Source: a virus. From it: a stretch of DNA of 58,642 bases. This document shows, piece after piece, positions 1 through 6,589 of this stretch. Each line of letters opens with the position of its first letter. Positions within the stretch are counted from its first letter, which is position 1. A program made the position numbers and the translations under genes. Location of the stretch: the UHGV virus genome UHGV-0101169; one strand, 5' to 3'. The notes beneath the pieces are model-generated. The model had not been told where the DNA came from. It saw only the letters and a program-made list of their open reading frames with translations, and searched no databases.

Positions 1-68
1 TATTGTTTTACATATTTTACGAAATCACTTAGCATTGCTATTCACTCCTCAAAAATCAATTTTCAAAA

Positions 69-141
69 TCGGAACACCTGGAATCGAACCAAGGCACATG
101 GCTTAAAAGGCCACCGCTCTAACCGGCTGAACTATGTTCCG
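69..141 (-). tRNA. tRNA-Lys (anticodon TTT)
   Basis: Reverse-complement folds as a cloverleaf. Acceptor CGGAACA/TGTTCCG, U8, D-arm GTTC/GAGC, anticodon loop CTTTTAA, T-arm CTTGG-TTCGATT-CCAGG, discriminator A. No encoded CCA. Confidence 0.8.
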
Positions 142-439
142 TTTTTGATGCGGTGCCGATGTTAGGCAGCGTATATCACGATATAAGCTTTGCGCAAAGC
201 CATTATCTATATACCCAGCTCTCAACATCAGCATTGTCAATCTCTCTGAGACGGTCCGCATACGCTCAGTTCAGTTGGGAGCTACCCAACAGTATATCCT
301 TTATAAACCACGCTTTTTGTACTTCCAGGATATAATCTGTGAGTCCCGGACTAGCTCATATCACCGGCATGTCTTTTCTCTACTCACAGACAAGTTATTC
401 ACAGCATCAACATGAGCTTGTTGTACCGCACTATGGAAA

Positions 440-529
440 TGGAGAAGAGAGGAATTGAACCTCCAATGTTTACCGCAAGGGAACTGATTTACAGTCAGCC
501 GCAACACTTCCAATCGTTGCCGCTTCTCC
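440..529 (-). tRNA. tRNA-Tyr (anticodon GTA), class II with long variable arm
   Basis: Acceptor GGAGAAG/CTTCTCC. Anticodon stem-loop GCTGA-CTGTAAA-TCAGT is identical to the Bacillus tRNA-Tyr loop. T-loop GGTTCAATTCC and a long variable region. Positions 8-9 are atypical (CG), so possibly degenerate. Confidence 0.6.
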
Positions 530-806
530 AAACTGCATATGCCCCGTGAAAGCATTCTAGGTGATATGCAAGCACCTGACGGCCTTGTACGTGACCGCCG
601 AACGGATTTTAACGTCTTTACTGACCTTAACCTTATTGCGAGGAGAAGGATTTTACTGCCTATAACAGCCGTGTTGGCGCACAGGTTGATTTTCACAAAT
701 CCCACCGGACCTTGTGACGGTCCTTTAATCAGCTTTCCGCTAGTGGGTCAGGGAGGATACCTATATGAAAACACATACAGATATTGGGGCCCTTGCCATA
801 CCCCAG

Positions 807-879
807 CTAGGCTACCGGGATTCGAACCCGGGCATCCAGGAGTCAAAGTCCTGTGCCTTAACCGCTTGGCTATAGCCCA
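807..879 (-). tRNA. tRNA-Gln (anticodon TTG)
   Basis: Reverse-complement TGGGCTATAGCCAAGCGGTTAAGGCACAGGACTTTGACTCCTG...GGTTCGAATCCCGG closely resembles B. subtilis tRNA-Gln. U1-A72, discriminator G. Confidence 0.8.
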
Positions 880-1014
880 TCATTTTTCCGCCGTTCTTCA
901 TGGTCTATCTGACAGCGAATCATTTGCACAATATTTTCTCTTTCGCGCCCTATTCCATGCCCTTGCCTGCACAACTCACAGATAAGGATTTCTCCGCAGT
1001 ATTGACATTCATCG

Positions 1015-1437
1015 TTAATCTGCTTGTTGCCTATCTTCATTTTTGGCCTCTTCCAGTTCAATATATTTTTTCAAATACCAGTCAGCTTTCTTGATGTCTT
1101 CAATGTCGCTCTTACGTTTGTGCCGATACAGATATTTGAATGCGTTGCATATGCAGAAGTTCTTTACGGCCTCAGTGCCTTGTGTTTCCAGCATGACATC
1201 GATACATTCAAACTTACCAGTTTCATAATGTCCAGGATGATTAATTGAATCGATTTCAGAAGAATCCATGTGGACTTCTGTATATGTAAACGGAAGTTCT
1301 TCAATTGCATCAGGTCCGTATACATCGCATTCATCTATTGCTTCAATAAACCGATCGTAATTATCACTGCTACTGTTCCCGCAGACTAACTTATCATTGC
1401 ATTTGAAAAGCTTAGGGCATCTCTCACATTCTTTCAT
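1015..1437 (-). CDS. DUF3310-family phage protein with N-terminal CxxC pairs
   Basis: Motif HPGHYETGKFECIDVM...FCICNAFKYLYRHKRK...DIKKADWYLKKY matches the DUF3310 consensus. ATGA start/stop overlap with the upstream MazG gene. The start was moved to the ATG 9 nt inside the track ORF. Confidence 0.65.
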   Translation of the reverse strand: MKECERCPKLFKCNDKLVCGNSSSDNYDRFIEAIDECDVYGPDAIEELPFTYTEVHMDSSEIDSINHPGHYETGKFECIDVMLETQGTEAVKNFCICNAFKYLYRHKRKSDIEDIKKADWYLKKYIELEEAKNEDRQQAD

Positions 1438-1784
1438 TTTACCCAAATGTCGCCCTCTTTTCTATGCAGGGATTTATCCGCCTCGAAACCATTTGGGTAT
1501 CGTTCCCAGAGCTTACGATTGTTTGTAATGGCAACGTTTTCTAGTGTTGTCCCCAGAGACTCAGCAATCAAGGCTAAATAATATAGCACGTCACCACACT
1601 CTTTGATGTAATGATCCCTGTCATGCGGATGACCTTGGAATAATTCCTTTTTAATCAGATCGGCAAGTTCACCTGATTCACCGGCCGCTCCTAAAATACC
1701 ATTTAGCAGCATATTTTCCTTTGTGGCCGCTGTTACCCCGCTTGCAGTACGCAGGCAACCTTTCTGAAATTCATCAAATGTCAT
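1434..1784 (-). CDS. mazG: MazG-like nucleoside triphosphate pyrophosphohydrolase
   Basis: The ~115-aa all-alpha protein carries EExGEL-like acidic motifs (AAGESGELADLIKK...ECGDVLYYLALIAESLG). SD is GGAGAA. ATGA overlap with the upstream gene. Confidence 0.7.
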   Translation of the reverse strand: MTFDEFQKGCLRTASGVTAATKENMLLNGILGAAGESGELADLIKKELFQGHPHDRDHYIKECGDVLYYLALIAESLGTTLENVAITNNRKLWERYPNGFEADKSLHRKEGDIWVK

Positions 1785-2116
1785 TTTGTGTTCTCCTTTT
1801 CCGTTTCAAACCGAACGCCACCATATGTCCATAAATCTTCTACCATGGAATCCATTGATACTTTTCCTGCCTCATACTGTTCGTATAGGTCTAAAACCTT
1901 TTGAACAAATCCAGGACATCTTTTCTCTGCTGATCTAGGCCAATAATCTTTTGCCAAGACCTCCAGAGGAATTGTCAGCATCAATTTCATTGCCTCTGCT
2001 ATCGCTTCTTCATAAGCCACTTGCTTTAACTGTTCTATCTGCGATTGCGTCAGCGTATATGTATTTTGCTTTCTTTGCTCAGCCTTTTGCATTCTACGCA
2101 TTTCAGCTCTTCCCAT
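1781..2116 (-). CDS. hypothetical phage protein (111 aa)
   Basis: ORF with SD GGGAGA 7 nt upstream of the ATG. Translationally coupled to mazG. Confidence 0.5.
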   Translation of the reverse strand: MGRAEMRRMQKAEQRKQNTYTLTQSQIEQLKQVAYEEAIAEAMKLMLTIPLEVLAKDYWPRSAEKRCPGFVQKVLDLYEQYEAGKVSMDSMVEDLWTYGGVRFETEKENTK

Positions 2117-2138
2117 CCAACCATCTCCCGTATATTTG

Positions 2139-2301
2139 CTATTTTCGCTTTAGTCTAAAATACTCAGATACCGCCTGTCTAACTATCTGTGATACGCTCT
2201 TTCCTGTTCGGTTCTTTTCCTCAAACAGCCTATTTGCCATATCATCATCAAGCCTAATCCTTAATGCCTGACCTTTTAAAACTACTCTACGACTACTCAT
2301 T
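2139..2301 (-). CDS. small ribbon-helix-helix (Arc/CopG-like) DNA-binding protein, 53 aa
   Basis: Not in the ORF track (<60 aa). Sequence MSSRRVVLKGQALRIRLDDDMANRLFEEKNRTGKSVSQIVRQAVSEYFRLKRK is typical of a beta-strand plus two helices RHH. SD AAGGGATGA. Confidence 0.5.
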
Positions 2302-2336
2302 TGGTATCATCCCTTTGTGTTTTATATTATTTTATC

Positions 2337-2537
2337 GGCATAGAAGCTGTATCTATACAGTTTATCGGATTATCCTATCTATGCCAGGAGAGTGCCTTTT
2401 TATTTTTGGCGGTTATTTGAGGGACTTAGTAGGCCCGTCTTCGGGCATCTCCCAGACCCCTACCCCGGTGCCCCTGGGAGCTAATCCGGTGGTATTTCTG
2501 TAACTATTCGTTAAAGAGATGTTTCACGAATAGTTAA
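2337..2537. promoter_or_regulatory. nested perfect palindromes (GGCATAGA...TCTATGCC; CTGTA...TACAG; CTCCCAG...CTGGGAG; TAACTATTCGT-N15-ACGAATAGTTA)
   Basis: Several perfect inverted repeats lie in a GC-enriched 250-bp intergenic region, between the TerS-like gene's 3' end and the RHH gene start. Confidence 0.4.
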
Positions 2538-2555
2538 ATGCTATATTTTGTGGTT

Positions 2556-3173
2556 TTATTCGTTATTTGCACAAGATATAGAATCATCCCCATTGTTTTC
2601 CACTTTTGTGGATAACTTTGGGAGTGCTTCGGCTGTAAGCGCTTGTTTTGGCGGCTCAATATGTACCGGAGCAGTCTCCACTAGACCATCAACAGCTTTG
2701 CAGAGGAAGATATAACCAACATTGCCAGCTGCGGCCCCTTTGTAGCGTCCTAACCTGCATTCATTCTGCCATTTTCGGACGGTGTCGGCCCTCGAACAAC
2801 TAAGTTTAGAACACCAATCACTACTCCTATACTCACCAGAAGCCCATGAATATAATATATCTCTTGAGCATCCAATCAATAACGCAAACTCTTCTAATAC
2901 AGGCTTTTGATCATATTTATAAGCTATATCTATATACATATCCCATATATCATCTAAAAGATTAATATCGTCATATATAGCCCTAGTAAATCCCATTTTT
3001 TTATTAATATATCTTATAAGACCTGTAAACGTACTGGAGGATAGTTTATATAAGTTTTCTGGGTGTGGTAAACTGTCCTCATACTCCTGAGCATATATAT
3101 GCATATCATCTGGGTATATTTCAATACCTGCATCTGTGCTGACTGCATTAGTTTTTTTTGTAGATCTGCTCAC
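2556..3173 (-). CDS. terminase small subunit-like protein (two HTH-like repeats and a GNVGYIFLCK motif); GTG start with SD GGAGGTG
   Basis: The C-terminal AAGNVGYIFLCKAVDG resembles the TerS 'GNPxGxIFxLKN' motif. IGCSRDILYSW and SCSRADTVRKW form two HTH-like repeats. The track ORF extends upstream over non-coding leader A. GTG lies 7 nt after GGAGGTG. Confidence 0.45.
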   Translation of the reverse strand: MSRSTKKTNAVSTDAGIEIYPDDMHIYAQEYEDSLPHPENLYKLSSSTFTGLIRYINKKMGFTRAIYDDINLLDDIWDMYIDIAYKYDQKPVLEEFALLIGCSRDILYSWASGEYRSSDWCSKLSCSRADTVRKWQNECRLGRYKGAAAGNVGYIFLCKAVDGLVETAPVHIEPPKQALTAEALPKLSTKVENNGDDSISCANNE

Positions 3174-3197
3174 TGTATCACCTCCAGAAAAGAATAT

Positions 3198-3290
3198 AAA
3201 AAACGCCCACAGACAGAACCGATATAGATCCCATCTGTGAGCGTGTAGCCTCGAATTTTGCCGTCCTTGCTCCTGCTGCCTATCCTGATC
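3198..3290 (-). promoter_or_regulatory. conserved leader element copy A ending in an intrinsic terminator (CGCUCACAGA-loop-UCUGUGGGCG-U6)
   Basis: A near-copy lies at 36308-36397. Shared blocks in mRNA sense are AGGATAGG, AG(C/T)AAGGACGGCAAAA, CACGCTCAC and GTGGGCGTTTTTT. It lies ~25 nt upstream of the TerS-like start. Confidence 0.55.
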
Positions 3291-3797
3291 CGAGTTGTGC
3301 GCCCTTCTCACGGCTCCAGGGCAACCCTACAAGACTCAGCTATATTGTACATAAAGCATACACCAGATTTTTTTATCTGTCAAGCATATACACTATGTCA
3401 TTTTTACAGATACCCCAGACCCTTATATATAATATATATTAATAATAATTATCGTTGATTATATTAAAAATAAAATATATAAAAAAATTAATATAATAAT
3501 TAAATTCGCCAAAGGGATTAAAAGAGATAAAAGGATATAGAATAATAATAGGGGGTATGGGGGAAAGAAGAAGGGAAAAGGGAAGAAGAGAAATTAAGGG
3601 AAAGGACACATTTTTACACGCATTGTCTACCCGCTGATCTGCTCACCTTGCCCGGCCGCCCGGGTCCGGTCCGGTTGCGATCTTTGTAGCCCTGGAAAAC
3701 CTAGGATTTGCGCCGGTTTCCGGGATTTATGAAAGTTGCCCGGCGCAGCTCCTGAAAATGTCATCAAAGCGTAAAAATAGACGGTATGAACACAGGG

Positions 3798-3940
3798 TGA
3801 ACCAGAAAGCGAACTAACACATGAACCACCAGACGAACTAGCAAAAACCCAGTAAATACAAGGTTTTTAGAGCATATGAGAACAGCAGGCGAACCAACTA
3901 ACGAACCAGTAAACGGACACCCAGACGAACCAACAAGACA
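3798..3940. repeat. iteron cluster R: at least four ~22-bp units TGAACCA-N5-6-CGAACTA(R)C
   Basis: Units tgaaccagaaagcgaactaac, tgaaccaccagacgaactagc, cgaaccaactaacgaaccag and gacgaaccaacaagacac. An inverted homologous cluster lies at 35388-35469. Confidence 0.6.
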
Positions 3941-3941
3941 C

Positions 3942-3969
3942 AAAAAAGGGGCCATATTCGACCCCTTTT
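3942..3969. terminator. bidirectional intrinsic terminator (A6-GGGG..loop..CCCC-T4)
   Basis: aaaaaaGGGGccatattcgaCCCCtttt. In minus sense the hairpin is followed by U6, directly downstream of the 3999..4154 gene. Confidence 0.5.
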
Positions 3970-3998
3970 CATGTGGGACGGTTGCCCGTCCCGGTGGT

Positions 3999-4154
3999 TT
4001 AGTCCTCTAACGTGCTTTGCAGGTTGTCCAGAATTTTCTGAATCCGCTCATCTTTCTTTTCGGTGTCCTGCTCTTCCTTGGCTTCTTTTAACCCGTCAAT
4101 CAGGAATCGAATAAAACCGTTAAACTGCTTGTCTGTCATTCCCATGTCTTGCAT
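3999..4154 (-). CDS. small hypothetical protein (51 aa), expressed from operator-containing promoter PL
   Basis: Not in the track. Sequence MQDMGMTDKQFNGFIRFLIDGLKEAKEEQDTEKKDERIQKILDNLQSTLED. SD AGAGAGG. Confidence 0.45.
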   Translation of the reverse strand: MQDMGMTDKQFNGFIRFLIDGLKEAKEEQDTEKKDERIQKILDNLQSTLED

Positions 4155-4216
4155 CTTTTACCTCTCTTTCTGGCTCTCGCCTATTGCCATTCGGTTACTA
4201 CCTCTTGACAGTTATT

Positions 4217-4245
4217 ATTATATACTATTATTAGTATAATATCAA
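4217..4245 (-). promoter_or_regulatory. consensus sigma-A promoter (TTGATA-17-TATAAT) with the 18-bp palindromic operator TATACTAnnnnTAGTATA in its spacer
   Basis: Minus-sense TTGATAttatactaataatagtaTATAAT. The palindrome spans 4221-4238. An identical 18-mer lies at 4569-4586. Confidence 0.6.
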
Positions 4246-4249
4246 TAGG

Positions 4250-4477
4250 TTAATAAAATTTTATTTTTTCGTCATCTGTTGGGATAACCTCGATAATATC
4301 ACCAGGTTGCATTTTTAACATGATACAGATTTTGTTTAGCGTATCTAATGTAATGCTTTTTCCTGCTTTTATGTTCTGCATCGTTTGCCGTGGTAACAGA
4401 TTGTCACGCTGCAATTTTGTTTGATTGTATCCCCTTTCTTTCAATTCTTTAAACACATCAATTTTATAATTTATCAT
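4250..4477 (-). CDS. XRE/Cro-CI family HTH transcriptional regulator (HTH_26-like), candidate repressor
   Basis: Sequence MINYKIDVFKELKERGYNQTKLQ...IKAGKSITLDTLNKICIMLKMQPGDIIE is a classic HTH_26 pattern. SD AAGGAGG. It sits between two outward-facing operator-bearing promoters. Confidence 0.7.
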   Translation of the reverse strand: MINYKIDVFKELKERGYNQTKLQRDNLLPRQTMQNIKAGKSITLDTLNKICIMLKMQPGDIIEVIPTDDEKIKFY

Positions 4478-4561
4478 GGCGTTACCTCCTTATATATAAA
4501 GATAGCATTTTATACCTTAAAAGTCAAATTTTGTTTATACTAAAAATAGTGTATTTATATA

Positions 4562-4590
4562 TTGACATTATACTATTATTAGTATATAAT
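4562..4590 (+). promoter_or_regulatory. consensus sigma-A promoter (TTGACA-17-TATAAT) with the same 18-bp palindromic operator in its spacer
   Basis: TTGACAttatactattattagtaTATAAT. Operator at 4569-4586. Drives the plus-strand operon beginning at 4640. Confidence 0.65.
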
Positions 4591-4639
4591 ACAACCATAA
4601 GGAACGGAAAACAGCAAACAAAAAAAGGAGATAGAAAAC

Positions 4640-5020
4640 ATGAAAAAAATCAAAATTGAAAACGGAAAAATCTATTCAGAGTCTTTCGGAAAAACGAACG
4701 TATTCGAGATTGTCGGAAGAATCCCGGTAAGTTATCAGATCTGGAACATCGGCGAAAACATGGGAACACATGACTACATTCCATTATGTCAAGACCTGCA
4801 CCCAGAAGATAAAGACGATTACAGCATTAACCCGGCAACACTTAAAGCTATAAGAGTAACCCCGGAAGAATGGGAGAAGCTGAACAAAGCAGCAAATTAT
4901 GGAGTTAATAACCTCCAGACAGCAGCCAAGGCGTTAAAGAGTAAACGTCGCGGATACATGAGCGACAAGAAAAGAGCGCTTGCAGAACTCACAATTGACA
5001 TTTTTATGAAAATATCATAG
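4640..5020 (+). CDS. hypothetical early protein (126 aa)
   Basis: ORF with SD AAAGGAGA. First gene downstream of promoter PR. Confidence 0.6.
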   Translation: MKKIKIENGKIYSESFGKTNVFEIVGRIPVSYQIWNIGENMGTHDYIPLCQDLHPEDKDDYSINPATLKAIRVTPEEWEKLNKAANYGVNNLQTAAKALKSKRRGYMSDKKRALAELTIDIFMKIS

Positions 5021-5101
5021 TCGAAACCGCCGCCCGGCGGTCTGTAGGAACTGCCCCACCTGCACTGATGAGACAGGGCAAAACGAAAGGAGAATAAAAC
5101 C

Positions 5102-5377
5102 ATGACAAAGAACGAAATGCTGAAAGAACTTGATAGACTGGAGAAAGAAAAAGGCGTTGACCTGGACGGAATCGGCCAGAACAGCAATAAAAGCACTATC
5201 CAGAACGCTATAAACTGCCTGTTATGCCCAGATGATCTGTTAGAAAAGTATTTGACCGTTTTAACGCTCAAATACCCAAATACAGGCGCAAAAATCTCAG
5301 AAAATGGAGACTTTAAAAAGCACCGTTTCAATCGGTTATATGTTTTCAATACCGCCAGAATGATTTTAGCAGATTAA
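5102..5377 (+). CDS. hypothetical early protein (91 aa)
   Basis: ORF with SD AAAGGAGAA. GC-rich stem-loops flank it. Confidence 0.55.
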   Translation: MTKNEMLKELDRLEKEKGVDLDGIGQNSNKSTIQNAINCLLCPDDLLEKYLTVLTLKYPNTGAKISENGDFKKHRFNRLYVFNTARMILAD

Positions 5378-5441
5378 GCCGAAACGCCCGTTAGGGCGTC
5401 CGGATCGGGTGCCGCCGGTTCGCTGATGATGGCAGGCAGAA

Positions 5442-5729
5442 ATGAATAACACTATGAAAAAAAGATATAGAAACGAAAACGGACAGCTTACAGTGAGCCT
5501 TGACCAGATTAAAAAGGAAACAGCCGCAGAAGCTGCCAAATATTACCACGTAGGAGGGATTTACCTTAATTCCGAAGACTCCCGTGAATATGTCATGATC
5601 GAAGCCGGGATCCTGGCACACTTTCAGAGTTTTGACGGGTATAACTTATTTATCCCAGCTGACAGCCTGGGCACATTCCTTCCGGATGTAGCCACGGAGG
5701 GCGCGGAACTGGTAGAAACTGAATACTAA
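5442..5729 (+). CDS. hypothetical early protein (95 aa)
   Basis: Plus-strand ORF in the same operon. Codon usage is consistent with its neighbours. Confidence 0.55.
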   Translation: MNNTMKKRYRNENGQLTVSLDQIKKETAAEAAKYYHVGGIYLNSEDSREYVMIEAGILAHFQSFDGYNLFIPADSLGTFLPDVATEGAELVETEY

Positions 5730-5817
5730 GCCGCCGCAGAGGATGCAAGCCCGGCCCGATACCGGGCGGCGGTGTTTATCTCCCGGCTCCCAGGGTAAAA
5801 GGGAAGAAAGAAAACAT

Positions 5818-6183
5818 ATGAAAAAATTTGAACTGTTTATGTGCTGTCAGGGTAACGGACTGGCTGTATATAACAAAGCTGTTTCAGAAAACGGCGGTTA
5901 TAAGCAGATCGCACATATTGCTAATTGCGGAAAAATTACTTGGTACGTAAATCCGGCGGCATATATTCCCGGATCCGACCTGTTAAGGATTGAACACACT
6001 GCAGACACAGCACGCGCAAACTGGGAAAAATGGCTTGACAATATGCCGGAATTTGAACGCTTATACAGGCTTTACAATATGGTTCCTATTGATGTGTATT
6101 TATATGTCAGCGGTTTAGACCTGGAAACCTGGCAGAAAATAGAATATCTGAAAAATGTAGTTTATCAGATATCAACGTTTTAA
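5818..6183 (+). CDS. hypothetical early protein (121 aa, MKKFELF start)
   Basis: The track ORF begins inside a GC-rich hairpin. The ATG at 5818 lies after AAGGGAAGAAAG. Confidence 0.5.
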   Translation: MKKFELFMCCQGNGLAVYNKAVSENGGYKQIAHIANCGKITWYVNPAAYIPGSDLLRIEHTADTARANWEKWLDNMPEFERLYRLYNMVPIDVYLYVSGLDLETWQKIEYLKNVVYQISTF

Positions 6184-6195
6184 GGAGGGCGCACC

Positions 6196-6276
6196 ATGTT
6201 AGATTTTTTACTTGCAATGTGTATATTTTTAGGCGGCTATATGTGCCGCGTAGCTGCTGAGGATATAGAAGAATAA
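6196..6276 (+). CDS. 26-aa hydrophobic micropeptide MLDFLLAMCIFLGGYMCRVAAEDIEE
   Basis: Strong SD AAGGAGG 7 nt upstream. Immediately followed by the SD of the next gene. Confidence 0.3.
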   Translation: MLDFLLAMCIFLGGYMCRVAAEDIEE

Positions 6277-6292
6277 TAAGGAGGTTCACACA

Positions 6293-6589
6293 ATGAGAAA
6301 ATACGATTTTGACAAAATGGGCAGCCTGTGGGCAGATCAGGCCCGCGAGATTACAGAAAAAGGCGAGTTTGTCGCCCATTCCGGCAATTGGGATTTATGG
6401 AGCTATTCCGGCACTGTTTATAGTATCCCGGTTAAAGGCTCCGGCTGCGGTGCTTCCGCTTGGTGTGCCCTGTCCAATCTGCGGCGGCATCTGTACCACC
6501 TGCGGAACGTCTGCAGCTATGCGGATCTAATCCCGGCATATTGGGAAGATGTCAACCGGGCTTTCCTGAAGTCTTACGGCATCGCTTAA
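6293..6589 (+). CDS. hypothetical early protein (98 aa)
   Basis: SD AAGGAGG. Last gene of the plus operon. Confidence 0.6.
   Translation: MRKYDFDKMGSLWADQAREITEKGEFVAHSGNWDLWSYSGTVYSIPVKGSGCGASAWCALSNLRRHLYHLRNVCSYADLIPAYWEDVNRAFLKSYGIA

Noticed and set aside
226-360. tRNA-like fragment between tRNA-Lys and tRNA-Tyr (D-arm-like TGAG-CTAGTCCGGGA-CTCA)
   Set aside because: No T-arm or acceptor stem could be completed. It is probably a decayed tRNA or chance similarity.
361-985. ORFs 361..705 (-), 539..985 (+), 870..1061 (-), 900..1094 (+) in the tRNA region
   Set aside because: They overlap the tRNA genes, have no SD, and show atypical composition.
3798-3940. Possible CRISPR array (repeated GAACCA-containing units)
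   Set aside because: Units are ~22 bp, irregularly spaced and degenerate, with no spacer-repeat periodicity and no cas genes. They are better explained as iterons.
3764-3955. ORF (63 aa, minus) and ORF 35369..35773 (plus) translating the iteron clusters into Gly/Ser-rich peptides
   Set aside because: No start codon or SD. The similarity between them is explained by the inverted DNA repeats. The 35369 ORF also overlaps the antirepressor gene on the opposite strand.
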